Shown here piece by piece: positions 6,695-15,250 of a stretch of DNA of 32,000 bases. The DNA is taken from positions 1,320,001 through 1,352,000 of the forward strand of contig NC_008698.1 in NCBI RefSeq assembly GCF_000015225.1, given 5' to 3'. The position numbers were made by a program, and so were the translations under genes. Origin of the DNA: Thermofilum pendens Hrk 5 (GTDB taxonomy: Archaea > Thermoproteota > Thermoprotei > Thermofilales > Thermofilaceae). Every line of letters begins with the position of its first letter. The first letter of the stretch is position 1. The notes beneath the pieces were generated by a model. That model ran no database searches. It was not told the DNA's origin and saw nothing but the letters and a program-made list of their open reading frames with translations.

Positions 6695-8092
6695 TCACCC
6701 CAGCCACTTCCCGGGGTTGCTGAGGTTGCCGGGGTCCAGCGCCTTCTTGACTCTCTTCAGGTACTCTAGCGTGTCGCCCAGCTCTTCGCCCACCCACTTC
6801 GCCCTGAGCAGTCCTACGCCGTGGTGGTGGCTTATCGTCGCCCCGTTCTCGAGGAGGACCCTCACCGCCGTCTCCCACATCCTCCAGTAGACGTCCTCCC
6901 TCGCGTCGTAGGTCAGCGTGAAGTATATGCATGCGCCCGTCGTGTAGAAGTGGGATGCGTGTGCGAGGACCGCGTAGACCCCGGGCACGCTCTTAACCCT
7001 CTTCTTGAACTCGGCGTAGACCCTCGGAAGGTTGCTCCAGAGGGCGGCTGTCTCTATAGTCTCGAACCACAGGTTGAGGGGTACTACGAGCTTTTTGAGC
7101 TCGGATATCACGTCGAACCTCGTCTTCAGCCACTTCTCGACGTGCTCCTCCCCCGCGTCGACGGCGCCGTGCCTCGAGAGGATCCTCTCGATCACCCTCC
7201 TCTTCGCCTCGAGGAGCTCCTCCTCCGCCTCCTCGACGATGAGGAGCAGTATGTCCCTGGCGTCGTGGAACCTAGCCGCCGAGTCGTCCTTGTCGTACAG
7301 CCTCGCGACGGCCGGCGTCGCCCCGGAGAGCATAACTTCGCGCATAGCCTCGAGGCCCTTCTCGAAGGATGGGAACGCGTAGGCACGCATCCACGAGTGC
7401 CTGGGTAGCGGGAAGACTTTCAGCGCCACTTTCGTTATCACGCCGAGCTGCCCCTCGCTCCCTATGAGCAACCTCTTGAAGTCTGGGCCCGTCGCGGCCC
7501 TCGGGACCAAGTTCCTCCTGAACGGCGCGATCCGGCCGTCCGGCATCACCGCCTCCAAGTCGAGTACTAGCTCCTCGATCCCCCCGTACTTCGTGCTGAA
7601 CTGGCCTGTGCTCATCGTGGCGACGAGGCCTCCCAGGGCGGCCTCGGGGTAGGACTGGGGTATGTGCCTCAGCGTGAAGCCCCTCGCGTTGAGGTACTCT
7701 TCGAGCTTCCTGAGGAGCACGCCGGACTCCGCCACGGCTACGGCGTCCCTCTCGGAGAACCAGAGGACCCTGTTCATCCTCTTGACGTCTATCACCACGC
7801 ACCCCTCGCAGATCGTGCCGCCTATCACGCCGGAGCCGCCCGCGTAGGGGACGAAGGGGACTCCGTGCCTCGCCAGGACGCGTACAACCGCCGCCACCTC
7901 CTCGGCGCTCTCGGGCCAAGCGACGGCGAGGGGCCTCGGCAAAGCCTCCCCGCGGACCTCCTTGAGGAGGGCCAGGGGCCAGTAGTCCCTGCTGTACAGC
8001 CTGAGGACTTCCTCGGACGTCGAGAGCCTGTCTCCCAGTAGCCTTCCGAGCTCCTCTAGAACCTCCCGCTTAGGAACGCGTTCTCCTCCCAC
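6695..8092 (-). CDS. FAD-linked oxidase, GlcD / D-lactate dehydrogenase-like
   Basis: FAD_binding_4-type motifs are present (PFVPYAGGSGVIGG; VIDVKRMNRVL), along with an FAD-oxidase C-terminal domain ending HHHGVGLLRAKW. The track ORF (to 8617) runs in an alternate frame through the kinase gene. GTG 8092 is preceded by a GAGGTG SD and gives 465 aa. Confidence 0.8.
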   Translation of the reverse strand: MGGERVPKREVLEELGRLLGDRLSTSEEVLRLYSRDYWPLALLKEVRGEALPRPLAVAWPESAEEVAAVVRVLARHGVPFVPYAGGSGVIGGTICEGCVVIDVKRMNRVLWFSERDAVAVAESGVLLRKLEEYLNARGFTLRHIPQSYPEAALGGLVATMSTGQFSTKYGGIEELVLDLEAVMPDGRIAPFRRNLVPRAATGPDFKRLLIGSEGQLGVITKVALKVFPLPRHSWMRAYAFPSFEKGLEAMREVMLSGATPAVARLYDKDDSAARFHDARDILLLIVEEAEEELLEAKRRVIERILSRHGAVDAGEEHVEKWLKTRFDVISELKKLVVPLNLWFETIETAALWSNLPRVYAEFKKRVKSVPGVYAVLAHASHFYTTGACIYFTLTYDAREDVYWRMWETAVRVLLENGATISHHHGVGLLRAKWVGEELGDTLEYLKRVKKALDPGNLSNPGKWLG

Positions 8093-9495
8093 CTCGCAAC
8101 CACCTCGAGTAGCTCCTCCAGCTCGCCTACTAAAGTCTTCGCCTCGGAGCCCGCGCGCGGCTCGAAGTACGCGTCGACCTCGGGCGGCTCCTTGAGGTCG
8201 TCCAGCGACGCCTTGCCCTCCGAGTATAGGAGTAGCTTCAGCACGCCCCTTATGCTCGACTCGACGTCCCTGGGCCTCGCCACCTTCAGCCCCGTGGCGT
8301 CCGCCAGCGCCTGGAGAAAGGCGTTCGACCTGCTGTAGCCGCCGCCCGACCAGAGGGGTTCGCGGGGGCTCCCGCAGTACTTCGAGAGCTTCCCGAGCAG
8401 GTAGGCAACGTAGAGCGCTACCCCCCAGGCGAGCCCTGCTACTACGTCCGCCTTGGTCGTGGAGGGGTCGAGCCCGAGTATCATCCCCTTGAGGAGCGGG
8501 GCGTCCGGGGTCCTGAGCCCGCGGAAGGAGGGGACGACTATTGCCCGGGGCTTCGCCTTGGAGGCTAGGCTCTCCATCTCCTCGTAGGAGGAGAAGAAGC
8601 CGGCGCTCCTGAGCCACTCCACCACGAGCCCTGAGGCCCTCAGGAAGCCCTCGGCGCCGTAGAACCTCCTGCCGTCCAGACTAGCTATGACAACGGGCAC
8701 CAGCCCCTCCCCGGGCACGACGAGCTTCGGCGTTGACTCCTCGACGAAGCTACCGGTTCCGTGGACCCCGCTCACCCTCCCGGGCTCCAGTAGGCCGTGG
8801 TAAACGGATGCCGCCTGCTGGTCCGCTATGGAGACGGCGACGTCGGCGCCTTCGAACTCGCCGAACTCGTGCACCGAGTCGACGATCTCGGGGGCCGCCT
8901 CGGGGAGCGAGAGGATCCCGAACACGGCGCCTATGGGCTCCAGGTCCCTGGGGTGTACCAGCCCTGTGAGCGCGGAGCTCGTAGCGTCCGAGGCGTACCT
9001 GCCGGTGAGCAGGTATACAAGGTAGGAGTCGAGGGTCCAGAGGTACGCGTCGCCCCTTTCGACCTTCTCGCGGAGTCCCGGGACGTTGTCGTACAGCCAC
9101 TTCATGAGCACTGCCGGCGTGTCTGGGCGCAGTACCTTGGCGAGCGAGGGGCTTAGGGCTTCGAGGAGCTTGACCCAGACGGGTAGCCTCTCGACGACCT
9201 CGCGCCCCCGCCCGTCTATCCAGGTCACTATGTTCGTGAGGGGCTCCCCGCTCTTGCTCCACGCTACGACCGACGCCCTGTACGTCGAGAGCCCTATCCT
9301 CCTGGCCCCGAGGGACCTAGCCTTCCTGGCGAACCCCCTCACGACTCTCGACATCTCGGCGCTGCTCTGCTCGACTCTCCCGCTGCCCGCAGGCTCGTAG
9401 CCCAGCTCCACCCTCTCGTAGTGTATACTCTTCAGCTCCCCGTCGAAGACAGCAAGCTTTACGCCCGTAGTCCCCACGTCTATAACCCCGTACAC
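8056..9495 (-). CDS. FGGY-family carbohydrate kinase (glycerol kinase-like)
   Basis: N-terminal YGVIDVGTTGVKLAVFD is the ASKHA phosphate-1 motif. Also present are GVHGTGSF and the C-terminal WSGGGYSRSNAFLQALADATG typical of FGGY kinases. A GAGGTGG SD lies 6 nt before the GTG start. Confidence 0.8.
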   Translation of the reverse strand: MYGVIDVGTTGVKLAVFDGELKSIHYERVELGYEPAGSGRVEQSSAEMSRVVRGFARKARSLGARRIGLSTYRASVVAWSKSGEPLTNIVTWIDGRGREVVERLPVWVKLLEALSPSLAKVLRPDTPAVLMKWLYDNVPGLREKVERGDAYLWTLDSYLVYLLTGRYASDATSSALTGLVHPRDLEPIGAVFGILSLPEAAPEIVDSVHEFGEFEGADVAVSIADQQAASVYHGLLEPGRVSGVHGTGSFVEESTPKLVVPGEGLVPVVIASLDGRRFYGAEGFLRASGLVVEWLRSAGFFSSYEEMESLASKAKPRAIVVPSFRGLRTPDAPLLKGMILGLDPSTTKADVVAGLAWGVALYVAYLLGKLSKYCGSPREPLWSGGGYSRSNAFLQALADATGLKVARPRDVESSIRGVLKLLLYSEGKASLDDLKEPPEVDAYFEPRAGSEAKTLVGELEELLEVVARWEENAFLSGRF

Positions 9496-9496
9496 T

Positions 9497-10459
9497 TCAA
9501 GCCACCTCGACGCGCGGCTTCCCGGGCGGGAGCTCTACGACCTGGTAGGGCTCCTCCGTCGTGACGATGCGGTCGCCGAGCCTCACCCTCGCGCCCCTCC
9601 CAACCCCCAGCATGACCCTCCTGTGCTTCTCCGAGACGTAGCCGGGGAACGCCGGGACACCGCCCTCGACCCTCCTCAGCTCCCCGCCCGCCTCCAGGAG
9701 CTCCGCCAGTAGCCTCGAAGACTCTACGAGCTTTAACGGCGACTCTATAACCATGAACGCGTTGCCCGCGAGCAACCTGCCGCCGAGGGGGTTCCAGGGG
9801 GCCAGCTCCCCGAGCACCAGCGCGTCGACCCTCAGCTCGGAGGAATCCGTCTTCACGAGCTCCACCCTGTCGCGCCCCTCGACCCTCCTCACCCTCCCCC
9901 TCTCCACCTCTACCCCCAGCCTCAGAGCCTCGTCTACGCTATGGACCAGGGACGGCTCCCTGTACAGGATGACCACCTTGTCGCAGACCTTGACGAGCCT
10001 CGAGGCTAGTGACAGCGTGTAGTGGTTGAAGCCGTAGATCAGCACCCTGTCCCCCACCGAGTACCCCATGTTCGCGAAGTCCCAGGCCGCCGTAAGCGGG
10101 AAGACGCCGGCGGGCCTGCACCCGTATACGCCCAGCTCGACCGCGGTTCTCTCCCGGAAGCCCGTCGCGAGGACCACCCTGCCCTCCGCCCTGAACGCCC
10201 CCTCCTCGCCCAGGAACCACGCCCCACCCTCGTCGAGCCTGAACGCCGCCACGCCTGTGCGCACCTTCCTCCCGGCGAGGAGCCTCGACACGAGCTCCGA
10301 GCCGCGCACCCCGTCCACCGGGTAGTCGTCCCTGGCGAAGAACCCTCCGGGCTCGCGGCGCACCTCGTAGACCTCGACCTCTACGCCGCGCAGAGAGTCC
10401 GCGAGCGCCAGCCCGCTGAGGCCCGAGCCGATCACCACTACTTTTTCTTCACGAGCCAA
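9497..10459 (-). CDS. FAD/NAD(P)-binding oxidoreductase, partner subunit of the GlpA-like dehydrogenase (GlpB-like)
   Basis: KVVVIGSGLSGLALA is a dinucleotide-binding motif, and a second Rossmann-like segment is RVLIYGFNHYTLSLASRL. The track start (10654) lies in an alternate frame of the upstream gene. TTG 10459 follows a GGTGGTG SD and gives MAREEKVVVIGSG. Confidence 0.65.
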   Translation of the reverse strand: MAREEKVVVIGSGLSGLALADSLRGVEVEVYEVRREPGGFFARDDYPVDGVRGSELVSRLLAGRKVRTGVAAFRLDEGGAWFLGEEGAFRAEGRVVLATGFRERTAVELGVYGCRPAGVFPLTAAWDFANMGYSVGDRVLIYGFNHYTLSLASRLVKVCDKVVILYREPSLVHSVDEALRLGVEVERGRVRRVEGRDRVELVKTDSSELRVDALVLGELAPWNPLGGRLLAGNAFMVIESPLKLVESSRLLAELLEAGGELRRVEGGVPAFPGYVSEKHRRVMLGVGRGARVRLGDRIVTTEEPYQVVELPPGKPRVEVA

Positions 10460-11823
10460 GACCCACCACCCCTGAGGGTAAGCTCCTCCACGCCCACCCC
10501 CAGCTCCTCGGCTACTATGCGCGCTACCTCCGCTATGCACCTCGCCCCCTGGCACGTCCCCATGCAGGCCCCGGTCCTGAACATGACTCCCTGGAGCGTC
10601 CTCGAACCCCTCCTCACAGCCTCTCTCACCTCCTCCTCTGTTACCAGCGAACACGTGCAGACGACCCTACCCCTCGCCTTCTCAGGGTTGTCCCTCGCGC
10701 GGGGGAAGGGCTTCCTCGGCGCCAGCTTCTCCTTAGGCTCGAGCCTGAGCCCGGCGTCTCCGAGCATGGAGACTATCCTGTCGGCTATCGCCGGAGAGGC
10801 GGTAAAGGCGGGCGACTCGGTCCCGATGGCGTGGACAACCCTCCGGCTGCTCTTCGAGTACGTTATCCTGAAGTCGTTCTCGGGCGGTATCGGGCGTACA
10901 CCGGCGTATGCCTTCAGCGGGATCCCGGGGTCCCCCTCCAGCAGGGGTGCGAACTTCCTGTACAGCATCTCTACGTCCTCCTCGTCTACGCACACGTCGT
11001 ACTTGTCCCTGGCGGGCCTGAGGTTCGGCCCCCAGAGCCCCCTCCCGTCCACAGTGAACATCACGGCGCCGCCCTTCGTCTTGGGGTCGGGCTTCAGGTA
11101 CGCGGGGGCCACGAACCTCCTGGTGTGCCTCCTGTCGAATACGAGCAGCACGCCCTTCCCGAGCTCGAAGCTCGCCTCGTCGCCCGTAAACCTCGCCACC
11201 TCGTCCGCCCAGAGGCCGGCGGCGTTCACCAGGAAGCCTGCCTCGTAGACGTTCCCCTTGTCGGTCTCGACTTCGACGCGGTCCTCCAAAACCCTCGCGG
11301 CGACAACCCTTTCGCCGAACCTGAACTCAACGCCGTTAGCAGACGCGAACTCGTAGAGCCCGTAGAGAAGGTCGAAGTTGTCGACACACCCGTAGCCGTA
11401 GACCTCCACCGCCCCGAGAGCCTTCCTGGTAAGCCCGGGCTCCTCGCGCCTCAGGTAGCCCCTACCCCTCAGCTTGACGGGGAACTCCTTCCCCAGGTTG
11501 AGCCTCAGGTAGAGGGCTACGAGCGGCAACGCGAGTAAGTGGTGGAGCTTCGTCGCCACTACCAGCGTGCTCGTCCTCTCGAGCCTCACGCCGAGCTCCC
11601 TGGCTACCTCCCCGAGGAGCCTGTTGCCCTCCCTGGCCATCCTGCTCTTGAGGGAGCTGAAGGGGAGTTGCACCACGTGTACTATGGCGGCGTGCCCCTT
11701 CGAGACGCCCCAGCCGGGCTCTGGGTTCGAGTCGACGACTAGGACTCTGAGCTTGTAGCGGGACAGCCTGTACGCGGTCATCAACCCGACTATCCCGCTC
11801 CCAACTATTACAACGTCGTACAC
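10438..11823 (-). CDS. FAD-dependent glycerol-3-phosphate dehydrogenase-like oxidoreductase with C-terminal BFD-like [2Fe-2S] domain
   Basis: MYDVVIVGSGIVGLMTAYRL is a DAO-type FAD motif. The C-terminal CTCSLVTEEEVREAV...GACMGTCQGARC is a BFD-like cysteine pattern. This architecture is known from archaeal GlpA-type enzymes. Confidence 0.75.
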   Translation of the reverse strand: MYDVVIVGSGIVGLMTAYRLSRYKLRVLVVDSNPEPGWGVSKGHAAIVHVVQLPFSSLKSRMAREGNRLLGEVARELGVRLERTSTLVVATKLHHLLALPLVALYLRLNLGKEFPVKLRGRGYLRREEPGLTRKALGAVEVYGYGCVDNFDLLYGLYEFASANGVEFRFGERVVAARVLEDRVEVETDKGNVYEAGFLVNAAGLWADEVARFTGDEASFELGKGVLLVFDRRHTRRFVAPAYLKPDPKTKGGAVMFTVDGRGLWGPNLRPARDKYDVCVDEEDVEMLYRKFAPLLEGDPGIPLKAYAGVRPIPPENDFRITYSKSSRRVVHAIGTESPAFTASPAIADRIVSMLGDAGLRLEPKEKLAPRKPFPRARDNPEKARGRVVCTCSLVTEEEVREAVRRGSRTLQGVMFRTGACMGTCQGARCIAEVARIVAEELGVGVEELTLRGGGSWLVKKK

Positions 11824-11899
11824 ACCTTGTCAGCCTAAATAGGTCGCTGAAAAAGATATAAATTCCGGCCAGAGAAGCGCCGGCGCCGCAAAGGATTTC

Positions 11900-12724
11900 T
11901 TGGTGCCACTCGCCTTTCAAAGCGTGAAGGGCTCTGCTTGGATACTGTCCGTTGGGAACGAGTTGCTGATAGGCAGGGTTGTGAACACGAACGCCGCTTG
12001 GCTCGCGCAGAGGCTTACTCTTCTAGGCTACGCTGTTAGGAGGATAGTCGTCGTGCCGGACGTGGAGGAGGAGATCGCCGGCGCGTTTAGGGACGCGTTG
12101 GGCTCGGCGGACGTCGTCGTGTCGACGGGCGGCCTGGGCCCGACCCCGGACGATGTAACGAACTTCGCGCTCGCAAAGGCGCTGGGCAGGCCTGCCGAGG
12201 TGAACGCGGAGGCTTTGAGGATGGTCGAGGAGAAGTACGCGCGGAGGGGCTACCCGATGACGCCGGAGCGCGAGAAGATGGCGGTCATGCCTAGGGGTGC
12301 TAGGCCCCTCCCGAACCCCGTGGGGACTGCGCCCGGGATACTGGTCGAGGAGGGCTCGAAGATCGTCGTGTGCCTGCCGGGCGTCCCGTCGGAGATGGAG
12401 GCGATATTCCTGGAGCACGTGGAGCCGCTCCTGAGGAGCAGGGGTCCCCCGCACTTCTACGCCGAGAGGGTCGTCAGGGTGAAGGGGGTCCCGGAGTCCG
12501 ACGTCGCCCCGGTGGTCAAGAAGGCTTTGAAGCTCAGCGAGTTGGTGTACGTGAAGAGCCACCCGAGGGGCTTCGAGGTGGACGCCCCGGTCCTGGAGAT
12601 ACACGTCTACGGGGGTTCCGAGAAGCCCGGCGAAGCCGAGAGCGAGGTCGAGAGGGTCGCCGCGTTCGTAGCGGAGGAGATCCGGAGGAGCTTCCCGGAG
12701 AAAGCCCAGGTAGAGCTTCGGTGA
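11900..12724 (+). CDS. CinA-family / MoaB-MogA-like molybdopterin-binding domain protein
   Basis: ILSVGNELLIGRVVNTNAAWLAQRL...VVVSTGGLGPTPDDVT...PNPVGTAPG matches the CinA N-terminal (MoCF biosynthesis) domain. The start is uncertain (TTG 11900, GTG 11903 or GTG 11924). An ATATAAATT box lies at about 11856-11864. Confidence 0.75.
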   Translation: MVPLAFQSVKGSAWILSVGNELLIGRVVNTNAAWLAQRLTLLGYAVRRIVVVPDVEEEIAGAFRDALGSADVVVSTGGLGPTPDDVTNFALAKALGRPAEVNAEALRMVEEKYARRGYPMTPEREKMAVMPRGARPLPNPVGTAPGILVEEGSKIVVCLPGVPSEMEAIFLEHVEPLLRSRGPPHFYAERVVRVKGVPESDVAPVVKKALKLSELVYVKSHPRGFEVDAPVLEIHVYGGSEKPGEAESEVERVAAFVAEEIRRSFPEKAQVELR

Positions 12725-12730
12725 CCGCGC

Positions 12731-13540
12731 ATGGCTGAAAAAGGCCAGGTGAGGTCACCGGCGTCGCTCGTAGGTCTCATTGTGCTTCTTTTACTCGCAG
12801 TCGTGTTCCTTTGGAATCCACTCGTAGCTATGATCCTTCTCTTGATACTTTTCCTCTACTCTGTGTTCGTTGTTATCGTCGCAAAAGTGGCTCTTAAAGA
12901 GGAGAGAATCCTGGAGAAGCTAAAGGAAATGGACGCATCGATGCCGGAGCGTCCGGAGGCTGTCCTACTGGATCCTGACGAGGTAGTGGTTCTAAGGGGG
13001 CACGCTGGACTATGCTCGGCAGAGGGACAAGCACAGGAGTTCCCGTTGACGCTGGTGCTTCCGAAAGTCTACCTCACTGGGAAGAGGCTCATAATCGAAG
13101 GAGTCGCCGAACGCCCCTTTGAGAATCAAAGGCTGGAGGTGCACGAGTCTATACTGCTCGAACAGATCGTTGGCGTTAAGGTTCTCAAGGAGAAGTCTCC
13201 CATCCCCGAGCTCCTGGTAACGACGAAGCTACGCGGCTACTGGAGCCGGTTTAGGCTGGAAATACCGGGTGCGCAGACGTGGAGGGACGAGATAACCCGC
13301 TTGAGAGCAGAGAGGGTGAGGTCGCTGGAGAAACGAGAGAAGCCGGCGGTAGACTTCTCTTCGATTAGGGATATACTGGAGAGGGGAGGCGTCGTAGTGT
13401 ACACCGTTAAGTGCCCGGTGTGCGGGGCGCCGCTCAAGCTCCCGGAGACAGGTAGGGAGACGAAGTGTAGCTACTGCGGTGCCACGGTGTACGCTGAGGA
13501 CGTTCTCGGCAAGCTTAAGGAGCTTTTAGAGCGTCAATAG
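12731..13540 (+). CDS. Membrane-anchored protein with PH/GRAM-like middle region and C-terminal zinc ribbon
   Basis: Two hydrophobic N-terminal helices are present (LVGLIVLLLLAVVFLW, AMILLLILFLYSVFVVIVA). VYLTGKRLII resembles the bacterial PH-domain strand. The C-terminal CPVCG...CSYCG is a zinc ribbon. The gene is visibly AT-richer than its neighbours. Confidence 0.55.
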   Translation: MAEKGQVRSPASLVGLIVLLLLAVVFLWNPLVAMILLLILFLYSVFVVIVAKVALKEERILEKLKEMDASMPERPEAVLLDPDEVVVLRGHAGLCSAEGQAQEFPLTLVLPKVYLTGKRLIIEGVAERPFENQRLEVHESILLEQIVGVKVLKEKSPIPELLVTTKLRGYWSRFRLEIPGAQTWRDEITRLRAERVRSLEKREKPAVDFSSIRDILERGGVVVYTVKCPVCGAPLKLPETGRETKCSYCGATVYAEDVLGKLKELLERQ

Positions 13541-13635
13541 AGGCAGTAAATATTATGCGCGGCGTATAGGCCTGGCGGCTATGCGCGAAGATAGTGTAGC
13601 AGTTCTACAGCGGAAAAACTGAAAGACAAGGAAAA

Positions 13636-14046
13636 TCATGTATTTAAGTGTCTACTGGCTATCTCGTCGCTACTCAGTACTCTGACATACCTAGATGCCT
13701 TGTCTCTGAGCTTTCTATCGTCGGTTACCAGCGTCCGCCCGTCCCTCATCGCTAAATAGAGGTATGAGGCATCGTATACCGTCAGGTTTTCCTTTAAGGC
13801 TATTTCAAGTACGTCCCTTTCAGAACCTTTAATACTCAGGCTCTTGATACCCTCAAACACCTTAGCTAATACGTCAGCGTAGTTTGCAGCGGTCTCTCTA
13901 TCGATTCTACCCAGTAGCTTGTACTCTTTCCATACGCTGTTCAGAGATTCGTAAAGTGCTAGGTCAAGTGTTACTCCGAGTTCGAACACCTTAGCCGAGC
14001 CCTTCTTGACCAGGTTAACTATAGAGCTTGCGTCAAATACGTACAA
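13636..14046 (-). CDS. vapC: PIN-domain toxin VapC (copy 1)
   Basis: MYVFDASSIVNL (first acidic residue), LALYESLN, VYDASYLYLA and TLVTDDRKL are the PIN acidic motifs. The TTG start lies 2 nt after the antitoxin stop. Confidence 0.85.
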   Translation of the reverse strand: MYVFDASSIVNLVKKGSAKVFELGVTLDLALYESLNSVWKEYKLLGRIDRETAANYADVLAKVFEGIKSLSIKGSERDVLEIALKENLTVYDASYLYLAMRDGRTLVTDDRKLRDKASRYVRVLSSDEIASRHLNT

Positions 14047-14048
14047 TG

Positions 14049-14276
14049 CTACCTCGCCTCTCTGTCCTCCCTTATAATCCTTGCTATTTCTTCGTCGGGA
14101 ATGTGGGACACCTTCTTGCTCAGCTCTCTGGCAAGCTTCTCAGCTTCCTCTAGGATCCTCCTTCTAATCTCCCTCTCTAAGGCTTCTCTGATGACAGGGC
14201 CAGGCTTTACACCATACTTATCCATAAGTTCCTTCAGCTCACGGGGTATTTTGGCAGAGACTGTGACATATTTCAT
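14049..14276 (-). CDS. vapB: VapB-type antitoxin (copy 1)
   Basis: 75-aa ORF immediately upstream of vapC. It has a basic N-terminal DNA-binding-like segment and a helical charged C-terminus ending IIREDREAR. It shares this architecture with the 24447 antitoxin. Confidence 0.7.
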   Translation of the reverse strand: MKYVTVSAKIPRELKELMDKYGVKPGPVIREALEREIRRRILEEAEKLARELSKKVSHIPDEEIARIIREDREAR

Positions 14277-14298
14277 TCTATGTTTTCACCCAAGCAGA

Positions 14299-14326
14299 AA
14301 TGCTTAGGTCTACCGATATAAGCATT
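14299..14326. promoter_or_regulatory. Inverted repeat (candidate operator) in the vapBC-1 promoter
   Basis: aatgctta (14299-14306) and taagcatt (14319-14326) are perfect complements separated by 12 nt. The right arm overlaps the cttatatc TATA-like box (minus strand) upstream of vapB ATG 14276. Confidence 0.45.
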
Positions 14327-14459
14327 ACTTTATTCGGGTAGCCCTTAAACAGAGACGAATAGCCCCCATTTCTCCTGGAAAAGGGCGCCGAACTGGACGT
14401 ATGCTTCCCTGAGAACAGGCGCTGCTGCGCAGGATGTAAGTTGGGCATTCTCGGTGGAT

Positions 14460-15200
14460 CTAAGGCAAGTTCACGAATACGTTTCCGTCGGCGACTACCG
14501 AGGCTACGTAGACCTTCCTTAGCCCCGCCTTCTCGGCTAGCCCCATCCACTCGCCCGAGAGCGACACGGCTACGACTGCTCCTACAGGCACAGCCTTGGC
14601 CTGCTCGGCTATGCTTCGCAGGGCGGCTAGGGATTCGAAGTTCCTCGCGACGCCCTTGGCGAACAGGACCTTCGAGTCCCTCTTCAAGGCCTCCCTGGGC
14701 ACGTGGAGGTAGACTATCTCCTCCCTCTCGGACGAGCTGTAGGAAGCCGAGTACAGCTTTCCCCAGCTAGACCAGGCGTGCTCGCTTGCGACGTAGGATT
14801 CCGCCGAGAGCCACTCGGCGAGTATGGCGGCTAGGGCGGCGTTCTTCTCGCCGGCGGCTAGCACGACGTCGACGCCGTCGTCCCTGAACTTCTTCCAAGC
14901 CAGGTAGCCGACGAGGTTCAGGAAGCGCGGGTTGAAGAGGAAGCGCCACTCCTCGACGGTCTTCCTCTCCCCGATAACCATCTCCTTGAACGCCCTCTCG
15001 AGGAGCCTCTTCTCCCGTATCCCGTCCAGTATCTTCCTCGCCGTCTGCCTCTCGGGGAACTGCGTGAAAGTCGTGTAGCGCCAGAGTATCTGGGAGGAGA
15101 CCCCGAGGGCCTCCTCCAGCTCCTTGAACGTGTAGACCTCTTTCAGGCAGTTGAGAAGCTTAGCCACGATATACGAGCTTTCCTCGACCTCCCCGGCCAT
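14460..15200 (-). CDS. Putative transcription regulator: N-terminal HTH plus degenerate phosphoribosyltransferase-like domain
   Basis: The N-terminus FKELEEALGVSSQILWRYTTFTQFP resembles an HTH. The C-terminal half has a PRTase-like layout (DVVLAAGEKNAALAAILAEWL...KVLFAKGVARNFESL) but lacks the acidic PRPP loop. ATATATAG lies about 30 nt upstream of ATG 15200. The domain call is by eye. Confidence 0.45.
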   Translation of the reverse strand: MAGEVEESSYIVAKLLNCLKEVYTFKELEEALGVSSQILWRYTTFTQFPERQTARKILDGIREKRLLERAFKEMVIGERKTVEEWRFLFNPRFLNLVGYLAWKKFRDDGVDVVLAAGEKNAALAAILAEWLSAESYVASEHAWSSWGKLYSASYSSSEREEIVYLHVPREALKRDSKVLFAKGVARNFESLAALRSIAEQAKAVPVGAVVAVSLSGEWMGLAEKAGLRKVYVASVVADGNVFVNLP

Positions 15201-15250
15201 ACGTCCGCTTAACTCAGACCCTCCCGGCTATATATGTCTGCCGCACGCGC

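Noticed and set aside
8093-8617. N-terminal 175 codons of track ORF 6695..8617 (R/G/A-rich)
   Set aside because: This is an alternate frame running through the FGGY kinase gene. The FAD-oxidase domain begins just after GTG 8092, which has its own SD box.
8750-9262. Arg/Gly/Pro-rich antisense or alternate-frame ORFs here and at 7272..7919, 18267..18914, 20139..20705, 21926..22591, 27198..27767 and 29758..30450
   Set aside because: These are typical high-GC shadow ORFs. Each lies inside a gene with strong family motifs on another frame or strand.
10460-10654. N-terminal extension of track ORF 9497..10654
   Set aside because: It is a Gly/Arg-rich alternate frame of the GlpA-like C-terminus. 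The dinucleotide-binding fold starts right after TTG 10459.
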